Positions 54,501 to 64,000 of a stretch of DNA of 64,000 bases are shown here, piece by piece. The number at the start of each line of letters is the position of its first letter. The first letter of the stretch is position 1. The position numbers and the translations under genes are program-made. The notes under the pieces were generated by a model. That model had not been told where the DNA came from and ran no database searches. It saw only the letters and a program-made list of their open reading frames with translations. Location: contig NW_027252691.1 in assembly GCF_044704955.1 (NCBI RefSeq), positions 124,001-188,000 on the forward strand, in the 5' to 3' direction. Source of the DNA: Pristiophorus japonicus. Its lineage: Eukaryota.

Positions 54501-57500
54501 TAGACAGTCACCCCGGAGCCAGAAATCACCCGCTAATCTTCATCATAGGCCGTCCCCGGAGCCAGGAATACCCCGCTCATCTTCATCATAGACAGTCCCC
54601 CCAGAGCCAGGAATCATCTGCGAATCTTCATCATAGGCAGTCCCCGGAGCCAGGAATCCCCCGCTAATCTTCATCATAGGCAGTCAACCCGGAGCCAGGA
54701 ATCATCCGCGAATCTTCATCATAGGCAGTCCCCCCGGAGCCAGGAAACCCCGCTAATCTTCATCATAGGCAGTCAACCCGGAGCCAGGAATCCCCCGCTA
54801 ATCTTCATCATAGGCAGTCCCCCCGGAGCCAGGAATCCCTCGCTAATCTTCATCATAGGTCATCCCCCGGAGCCAGGAATCCCCCGCTAATCTTCATCAC
54901 AGGCAGTCCCCCAGAGCCAGGATTCCCCCGCTAATCTTCATCACAGGCAGTCCCCCGTAGCCAGGATTCACCCGTTAATCTTCATCATAGGCAGTCCCCC
55001 GTAGCCAGGATTCACCCGTTAATCTTCATCATCGGCAGTCCAGCGGAGCCAGGAATCCCCCGCTAATCTTCATCTTAGGCAGTCCCCCCGGAGCCAGGAA
55101 TCCCCCGGTAATCTTCATCACAGGCAGTCCCCCGTAGCCAGGATTCACCCGTTAATCTTCATCATAGGCAGTCCCCCGGAGCCAGGGATCCCCCGCTAAT
55201 CTTCATCATAGGCAGTCCCCCAGAGCCAGGAATCCCCCGCTAATCTTCATCATAGGCAGTCCCCCGGAGCCCTGAATCCCCCGCTCATCTTCATCATAGA
55301 CAGTCACCCCAGAGCCAGGTATCCACCGCTAATCTTCATCATAGTCCGTTCCCCGGAGACAGGAAACCCCCGCTAATCTTCATCATAGTCCGTCCCCCGG
55401 AGCCAGGAATCCCCCGCTAATCTTCATCATAGGCAGTCCCCCAGAGCTAGGATTCCACCGCTAATCTTCATCATAGGCAGTCCCCGGAGCCAGGAATCCC
55501 CCGCTAATCTTCATCACAGGCAGTCCCCGGAGCCAGGAATCCCCCGCTAATCTTCATCATAGGCAGTCCCCGGAGCCAGGAATCCCCCGCTAATCTTCAT
55601 CATAGGCCTTCCCCCCGGAGCCAGGAATCCCCCGTTAATCTTCATCTTAGGCAGTCCTCCCGGAGCCAGGAATCCCCCGCTAATCTTCATCTTAGGCAGT
55701 CCTCCCGGAGCCAGGAATCCCCCGCTAATCCTCATCATAAGCAGTCCCCCCGGAGCCAGGAATCCCCCGCTAATCTTCATCATAGACAGTCCCCCCGGAG
55801 CCAGAAATCACCCGCTAATCTTCATCATAGGCCGTCCCCGGAGCCAGGAATACCCCGCTCATCTTCATCATAGACAGTCCCCCCAGAGCCAGGAATCATC
55901 CGCGAATCTTCATCATAGGCAGTCCCCGGAGCCAGGAATCCCCCGCTAATCTTCATCATAGGCAGTCAACCCGGAGCCAGGAATCATCCGCGAATCTTCA
56001 TCATAGGCAGTCCCCCCGGAGCCAGGAAACCCCGCTAATCTTCATCATAGGCAGTCAACCCGGAGCCAGGAATCCCCTGCTAATCTTCATCATAGGCAGT
56101 CCCCCCGGAGCCAGGAATCCCTCGCTAATCTTCATCATAGGTCATCCCCCGGATCCAGGAATCCCCCGCTAATCTTCATCACAGGCAGTCCCCCAGAGCC
56201 AGGATTCCCCCGCTAATCTTCATCATAGTCCATCCCCCGTAGGCAGGATTCACCCGCTAATCTTCATCATAGTCCGTTCCCCGGAAACAGGAATCCCCCG
56301 CTAATCTTCATCATAGGCAGTCCCCCGTAGCCAGGATTCATCCGTTAATCTTCATCATAGGCAGTCCCCCGTAGCCAGGATTCACCCGTTAATCTTCATC
56401 TTAGGCAGTGCCCCCGGAGCCAGGAATCCCCCGCTAATCTTCATCACAGGCAGTCCCCCGTAGCCAGGAATCCCCCGCTAATCTTCATCACAGGCAGTCC
56501 CCCGTAGCCAGGATTCACCCGTTAATCTTCATCACAGGCAGTCCCCCGTAGCCAGGATTCACCCGTTAATCTTCATCACAGGCAGTCCCCCGTAGCCAGG
56601 ATTCACCCGTTAATCTTCATCATAGGCAGTCCAGCGGAGCCAGGAATCCCCCGCTAATCTTCATCATAGGCAGTCCCCCCGGAGCCAGGAATCCCTCGCT
56701 AATCTTCATCATAGGCAGTCCCACCGGAGCCAGAACTCACCCGCTAATCTTCATCATAGGCCGTCCCACCGGAGCCAGGAATCCCCCGCTAATCCTCATC
56801 ATAGGCCATCCCCCCGGAGCCAGGGATCCCCCGCTAATCTTCATCATAGGCAGTCCCCCGGAGCCAGGGATCCCCCGCTAATCTTCATCATAGGCAGTCC
56901 CCTGGAGCCAGGGATCCCCCGCTAATCTTCATCATAGGCAGTCCCCGGAGCCAGGAATCTCCCACTAATCTTCAGAATAGGCAGTCCCCCCGGAGCCAGG
57001 AATCTCCCACTAATCTTCATCATAGGCAGTCCCCGGAGCCAGGAATCTCCCACTAATCTTCATCATCGACAGTCACCCCGGAGCCAGGAATCCTCCGCTA
57101 ATCTTCATCATAGGCAGCCCCCAGAGCCAGAAATCCCCCGGTAATCTTCATCATAGGCAGCCCCCGAAGACAGGAATCCCCCGCTAATCTTCATTATAGG
57201 CCATCCGCGGAGCCAGGAATCCCCCGCTGATCTTCATCATAGTCCGTTCCCCGGAGACAGGAATCCCCCGCTAATCTTCATCACAGGCAGTCCCCCAGAG
57301 CCAGGAATCCCCCGCTAATCTTCATCATAGTCCATCCACCGGAGCCAGGAATCTACCGCTAATCTTCATCATAGTCCATCCCCTGGAGCCAGCAATCCCC
57401 CGCTAATCTACATCATAAGCAGTCACCCCGGAGCCAGGAATTCCCCGCTAATCTTCATCATAGGACATCCGCCTGGAGCCAGGAATCCCCCGCTAATCTT

Positions 57501-60448
57501 CATCATAGGCAGTCCCCACGGAGCCAGGAATCCCCCGCAAATCTTCATCATAGGCAGTCCCCCCGGAGCCAGGAATCCCCGGGTAATCTTCATCACAGGC
57601 AGTCCCCCGGGGCCAAGAATCCCCCGCTAATCTTCATCATAGTCCGTCCCCGGAGCCAGGAATCCCCCGCTAATCCTCATCATAGGCAGCCCCCGGAGAC
57701 AGGAATTCCCCGCTAATCTTCATCATAGGTAGTCCCCGGAGACAGGAATCCTCCGCTAATTTTCAGCATAGGCCATCCCCCGGAGCCAGCAATCCCCCGC
57801 TAATCTTCATCATAGGCAGTCCCCTGGAGCCAGAAATCACCCGCTAATCTTCGTCATAGGCCGTCCCCGGAGCCAGGAATCCCCCGCTAATCTTCATCAT
57901 AGGCAGTCCCCCCGTAGCCAGAAATCCCCCACTAATCCTCATCATAGGCAGTCCCCCAGAGCCAGGAGTCCACCGCTAATCTTCATCATAGGCAGTCCCC
58001 GGAGCCAGGAATCCCCCGCTAATCTTCATCATAGGCAGTCCCCGGAGCCAGGAATCCCCCGCTAATCTTCATCACAGGCAGTCCCCGGAGCCAGGAATCC
58101 CCCGCTAATCTTCATCATAGGCAGTCCCCGGAGCCAGGAATCCCCCGCTAATCTTCATCATAGGCCTTCCCCCCGGAGCCAGGAATCCCCCGCTAATCTT
58201 CATCATAGGCAGTCCCCCCCGGAGCCAGGAATCCCTCGCTAATCTTCATCATAGGTCATCCCCCGGATCCAGGAATCCCCCGCTAATCTTCATCACAGGC
58301 AGTCCCCCAGAGCCAGGAATCCCCCGCTAATCTTCATCACAGGCAGTCCCCGGAGCCAGGAATCCCCCGCTAATCTTCATCATAGGCAGTCCCCGGAGCC
58401 AGGAATCCCCCGCTAATCTTCATCATAGGCCTTCCCCCCGGAGCCAGGAATCCCCCGCTAATCTTCATCTTAGGCAGTCCTCCCGGAACCAGGAATCCCC
58501 CGCTAATCCTCATCATAAGCAGTCCCCCCGGAGCCAGGAATCCCCCGCTAATCTTCATCATAGACAGTCCCCCCGGAGCCAGAAATCACCCGCTAATCTT
58601 CATCATAGGCCGTCCCCGGAGCCAGGAATACCCCGCTCATCTTCATCATAGACAGTCCCCCCAGAGCCAGGAATCATCTGCGAATCTTCATCATAGGCAG
58701 TCCCCGGAGCCAGGAATCCCCCGCTAATCTTCATCATAGGCAGTCAACCCGGAGCCAGGAATCATCCGCGAATCTTCATCATAGGCAGTCCCCCCGGAGC
58801 CAGGAAACCCCGCTAATCTTCATCATAGGCAGTCAACCCGGAGCCAGGAATCCCCCGCTAATCTTCATCATAGGCAGTCCCCCCGGAGCCAGGAATCCCT
58901 CGCTAATCTTCATCATAGGTCATCCCCCGGAGCCAGGAATCCCCCGCTAATCTTCATCACAGGCAGTCCCCCAGAGCCAGGATTCCCCCGCTAATCTTCA
59001 TCATAGGCAGTCCCCCGTAGCCAGGATTCACCCGCTAATCTTCATCATAGTCCGTTCCCCGGAAACAGGAATCCCCCGCTAATCTTCATCACAGGCAGTC
59101 CCCCGTAGCCAGGATTCACCCGTTAATCTTCATCATAGGCAGTCCCCCGTAGCCAGGATTCACCCGTTAATCTTCATCATAGGCAGTCCAGCGGAGCCAG
59201 GAATCCCCCGCTAATCTTCATCTTAGGCAGTCCCCCCGGAGCCAGGAATCCCCCGGTAATCTTCATCACAGGCAGTCCCCCGTAGCCAGGATTCACCCGT
59301 TAATCTTCATCATAGGCAGTCCCCCCGGAGCCAGAACTCACCCGCTAATCTTCATCATAGGCCGTCCCCCCGGAGCCAGAACTCACTCACTAATCTTCAT
59401 CATAGGCAGTCCCCCCGGAGCCAGAACTCACCCGCTAATCTTCATCATAGGCAGTCCCCCCGGAGCCAGAACTCACCCGCTAATCTTCATCATAGGCAGT
59501 CCCCCGGAGCCAGGGATCCCCCGCTAATCTTCATCATAGGCAGTCCCCCGGAGCCAGGGATACCCCGCTAATCTTCATCATAGGCAGTCCCCCAGAGCCA
59601 GGAATCCCCCGCTAATCTTCATCATAGGCAGTCCCCCGGAGCCCTGAATCCCCCGCTCATCTTCATCATAGACAGTCACCCCAGAGCCAGGTATCCACCG
59701 CTAATCTTCATCATAGTCCGTTCCCCGGAGACAGGAAACCCCCGCTAATCTTCATCATAGTCCGTCCCCCGGAGCCAGGAATCCCCCGCTAATCTTCATC
59801 ATAGGCAGTCCCCCAGAGCTAGGATTCCCCCGCTAATCTTCATCATAGGCAGTCCCCGGAGCCAGGAATCGCCCGCTAATCTTCATCACAGGCAGTCCCC
59901 GGAGCCAGGAATCCCCCGCTAATCTTCATCATAGGCAGTCCCCGGAGCCAGGAATCCCCCGCTAATCTTCATCATAGGCCTTCCCCCCGGAGCCAGGAAT
60001 CCCCCGCTAATCTTCATCTTAGGCAGTCCTCCCGGAGCCAGGAATCCCCCGCTAATCTTCATCTTAGGCAGTCCTCCCGGAGCCAGGAATCCCCCGCTAA
60101 TCCTCATCATAAGCAGTCCCCCCGGAGCCAGGAATCCCCCGCTAATCTTCATCATAGACAGTCCCCCCGGAGCCAGAAATCACCCGCTAATCTTCATCAT
60201 AGGCCGTCCCCGGAGCCAGGAATACCCCGCTCATCTTCATCATAGACAGTCCCCCCAGAGCCAGGAATCATCCGCGAATCTTCATCATAGGCAGTCCCCG
60301 GAGCCAGGAATCCCCCGCTAATCTTCATCATAGGCAGTCAACCCGGAGCCAGGAATCATCCGCTAATCTTCATCATAGGCCGTCCCCGGAGCCAGGAATC
60401 CCCCGCTAATCTTCATCATAGGCAGTCCCCGGAGCCAGGAATCCCCCG
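47975..60448. repeat. Higher-order tandem duplication, period 6095/6096 bp (~138 monomers)
   Basis: ORF offsets 48215/54310 and 49452/55547 equal 6095; 52274/58370 and 53823/59919 equal 6096. A 1-bp indel lies at ~50579 (GGCAGCCCCCC vs GGCAGTCCCCCC). Private AGGTAGTCC and TAATTTTCAGC occur at ~51631/57727 and ~51661/57757. Confidence 0.93.
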
Positions 60449-60959
60449 GTAATCTTCATCACAGGCAGTCCCCCGTAGCCAGGATTCACCCGTTAATCTT
60501 CATCATAGGCAGTCCCCCCGGAGCCAGAACTCACCCGCTAATCTTCATCATAGGCCGTCCCCCCGGAGCCAGAACTCACCCACTAATCTTCATCATAGGC
60601 ATTCCCCCCGGAGCCAGAACTCACCCGCTAATCTTCATCATAGGCAGTCCCCCCGGAGCCAGAACTCACCCGCCAATCTTCATCATAGGCAGTCCCCCGG
60701 AGCCAGGGATCCCCCGCTAATCTTCATCATAGGCAGTCCCCCGGAGCCAGGGATCCCCCGCTAATCTTCATCATAGGCAGTCCCCCAGAGCCAGGAATCC
60801 CCCGCTAATCTTCATCATAGGCAGTCCCCCGGAGCCCTGAATCCCCCGCTCATCTTCTTCATAGACAGTCACCCCAGAGCCAGGTATCCACCGCTAATCT
60901 TCATCATAGTCCGTTCCCCGGAGACAGGAAACCCCCGCTAATCTTCATCATAGTCCGTC

Positions 60960-63900
60960 CCCCGGAGCCAGGAATCCCCCGCTAATCTTCATCACAGGCA
61001 GTCCCCCAGAGCCAGGATTCCCCCGCTAATCTTCATCATAGGCAGTCCCCCGTAGCCAGGATTCACCCGCTAATCTTCATCATAGTCCGTTCCCCGGAAA
61101 CAGGAATCCCCCGCTAATCTTCATCACAGGCAGTCCCCCGTAGCCAGGATTCACCCGTTAATCTTCATCATAGGCAGTCCCCCGTAGCCAGGATTCACCC
61201 GTTAATCTTCATCATAGGCAGTCCAGCGGAGCCAGGAATCCCCCGCTAATCTTCATCTTAGGCAGTCCCCCCGGAGCCAGGAATCCCCCGGTAATCTTCA
61301 TCACAGGCAGTCCCCCGTAGCCAGGATTCACCCGTTAATCTTCATCATAGGCAGTCCCCCCGGAGCCAGAACTCACCCGCTAATCTTCATCATAGGCCGT
61401 CCCCCCGGAGCCAGAACTCACTCACTAATCTTCATCATAGGCAGTCCCCCCGGAGCCAGAACTCACCCGCTAATCTTCATCATAGGCAGTCCCCCCGGAG
61501 CCAGAACTCACCCGCTAATCTTCATCATAGGCAGTCCCCCGGAGCCAGGGATCCCCCGCTAATCTTCATCATAGGCAGTCCCCCGGAGCCAGGGATCCCC
61601 CGCTAATCTTCATCATAGGCAGTCCCCCAGAGCCAGGAATCCCCCGCTAATCTTCATCATAGGCAGTCCCCCGGAGCCCTGAATCCCCCGCTCATCTTCA
61701 TCATAGACAGTCACCCCAGAGCCAGGTATCCACCGCTAATCTTCATCATAGTCCGTTCCCCGGAGACAGGAAACCCCCACTAATCTTCATCATAGTCCGT
61801 CCCCCGGAGCCAGGAATCCCCCGCTAATCTTCATCATAGGCAGTCCCCCAGAGCTAGGATTCCCCCGCTAATCTTCATCATAGGCAGTCCCCGGAGCCAG
61901 GAATCGCCCGCTAATCTTCATCACAGGCAGTCCCCGGAGCCAGGAATCCCCCGCTAATCTTCATCATAGGCAGTCCCCGGAGCCAGGAATCCCCCGCTAA
62001 TCTTCATCATAGGCCTTCCCCCCGGAGCCAGGAATCCCCCGCTAATCTTCATCTTAGGCAGTCCTCCCGGAGCCAGGAATCCCCCGCTAATCTTCATCTT
62101 AGGCAGTCCTCCCGGAGCCAGGAATCCCCCGCTAATCCTCATCATAAGCAGTCCCCCCGGAGCCAGGAATCCCCCGCTAATCTTCATCATAGACAGTCCC
62201 CCCGGAGCCAGAAATCACCCGCTAATCTTCATCATAGGCCGTCCCCGGAGCCAGGAATACCCCACTCATCTTCATCATAGACAGTCCCCCCAGAGCCAGG
62301 AATCATCCGCGAATCTTCATCATAGGCAGTCCCCGGAGCCAGGAATCCCCCGCTAATCTTCATCATAGGCAGTCAACCCGGAGCCAGGAATCATCCGCTA
62401 ATCTTCATCATAGGCCGTCCCCGGAGCCAGGAATCCCCCGCTAATCTTCATCATAGGCAGTCCCCGGAGCCAGGAATCCCCCGCTAATCTTCATCATAGG
62501 CCTTCCCCCCGGAGCCAGGAATCCCCCGCTAATCTTCATCTTAGGCAGTCCTCCCGGAGCCAGGAATCCCCCGCTAATCCTCATCATAAGCAGTCCCCCC
62601 GGAGCCAGGAATCCCCCGCTAATCTTCATCATAGACAGTCACCCCGGAGCCAGAAATCACCCGCTAATCTTCATCATAGGCCGTCCCCGGAGCCAGGAAT
62701 ACCCCGCTCATCTTCATCATAGACAGTCCCCCCAGAGCCAGGAATCATCTGCGAATCTTCATCATAGGCAGTCCCCGGAGCCAGGAATCCCCCGCTAATC
62801 TTCATCATAGGCAGTCAACCCGGAGCCAGGAATCATCCGCGAATCTTCATCATAGGCAGTCCCCCCGGAGCCAGGAAACCCCGCTAATCTTCATCATAGG
62901 CAGTCAACCCGGAGCCAGGAATCCCCCGCTAATCTTCATCATAGGCAGTCCCCCCGGAGCCAGGAATCCCTCGCTAATCTTCATCATAGGTCATCCCCCG
63001 GAGCCAGGAATCCCCCGCTAATCTTCATCACAGGCAGTCCCCCAGAGCCAGGATTCCCCCGCTAATCTTCATCACAGGCAGTCCCCCGTAGCCAGGATTC
63101 ACCCGTTAATCTTCATCATAGGCAGTCCCCCGTAGCCAGGATTCACCCGTTAATCTTCATCATAGGCAGTCCAGCGGAGCCAGGAATCCCCCGCTAATCT
63201 TCATCTTAGGCAGTCCCCCCGGAGCCAGGAATCCCCCGGTAATCTTCATCACAGGCAGTCCCCCGTAGCCAGGATTCACCCGTTAATCTTCATCATAGGC
63301 AGTCCCCCGGAGCCAGGGATCCCCCGCTAATCTTCATCATAGGCAGTCCCCCAGAGCCAGGAATCCCCCGCTAATCTTCATCATAGGCAGTCCCCCGGAG
63401 CCCTGAATCCCCCGCTCATCTTCATCATAGACAGTCACCCCAGAGCCAGGTATCCACCGCTAATCTTCATCATAGTCCGTTCCCCGGAGACAGGAAACCC
63501 CCGCTAATCTTCATCATAGTCCGTCCCCCGGAGCCAGGAATCCCCCGCTAATCTTCATCATAGGCAGTCCCCCAGAGCTAGGATTCCCCCGCTAATCTTC
63601 ATCATAGGCAGTCCCCGGAGCCAGGAATCCCCCGCTAATCTTCATCACAGGCAGTCCCCGGAGCCAGGAATCCCCCGCTAATCTTCATCATAGGCAGTCC
63701 CCGGAGCCAGGAATCCCCCGCTAATCTTCATCATAGGCCTTCCCCCCGGAGCCAGGAATCCCCCGTTAATCTTCATCTTAGGCAGTCCTCCCGGAGCCAG
63801 GAATCCCCCGCTAATCTTCATCTTAGGCAGTCCTCCCGGAGCCAGGAATCCCCCGCTAATCCTCATCATAAGCAGTCCCCCCGGAGCCAGGAATCCCCCG

Positions 63901-64000
63901 CTAATCTTCATCATAGACAGTCCCCCCGGAGCCAGAAATCACCCGCTAATCTTCATCATAGGCCGTCCCCGGAGCCAGGAATACCCCGCTCATCTTCATC
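60960..64000. repeat. Further copy of the 52829-55869 segment (offset 8131 = 6096 + 2035)
   Basis: ORF offsets 53823/61954, 54310/62441 and 55547/63678 equal 8131; 59919/61954 equals 2035. The CCCCGTTAATCTTCATCTT variant is shared. Confidence 0.9.

Larger units (their letters stand above)
1..64000. repeat. Tandem satellite DNA array, 43-46 bp monomer (mean ~44 bp), ~1,450 head-to-tail copies, running off both window ends
   Basis: Every line consists of variants of GGAGCCAGGAATCCCCCGCTAATCTTCATCATAGGCAGTCCCC(C0-3). Length varies mostly in the C-run after GGCAGT. No non-repeat sequence or reversed monomer was seen. Confidence 0.99.

Noticed and set aside
1911-63914. 36 minus-strand ORFs of 63-93 aa with (MMKISGGFLAPGGLx)n repeats
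   Set aside because: They arise wherever three to five 45-bp monomers are adjacent, because one frame of the monomer has no stop codon. They end right after the next 43-bp monomer shifts the frame. There is no unique flanking gene context, and frame-breaking lengths are common.
1-64000. CRISPR array or diversity-cassette array (conserved core plus variable segment)
   Set aside because: The variable parts are point variants of one consensus that recur many times. There are no unique spacers, leader, cas, reverse transcriptase or recombinase genes in the window.
1-64000. CENP-B box, telomeric repeats, rDNA/5S/tRNA units or transposon fragments
   Set aside because: No match to these motifs or sequences was seen on either strand.
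1-64000. Phase-variable or frameshift-coded giant repeat protein controlled by poly-C length
   Set aside because: Frame switches occur every one to five monomers and lead to stops. The C-run lengths are copied faithfully between duplicates, which is consistent with neutral inheritance rather than switching.

Overview
The whole 64 kb is one uninterrupted, single-orientation tandem satellite array of roughly 1,450 monomers (64,000 divided by about 44 bp). The consensus is GGAGCCAGGAATCCCCCGCTAATCTTCATCATAGGCAGTCCCC(C0-3), 43-46 bp, about 59% GC and C-rich on the + strand. I see no unique sequence, inversion, transposon, RNA gene or credible protein-coding gene. All listed ORFs are read-through of a few consecutive monomers. 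The information lies in the order of variant monomers: a limited set of variants forms recurrent cassettes, which are rearranged into nested, near-identical higher-order duplications with periods of 4369, 974, 2611, 6409, 1456/1677, 6095/6096 and 2035 bp. Private variants allow some of these events to be ordered in time. This fits an actively turning-over eukaryotic satellite (centromeric, pericentromeric or subtelomeric), but I cannot name the family or organism. The most notable motif is that the consensus monomer carries an exact NF-kB/Rel consensus site (GGGGGATTCC on the - strand) next to a TAATCY homeodomain motif; any function is untested. All coordinates and offsets were read by eye or taken from the ORF track, so block boundaries are approximate.
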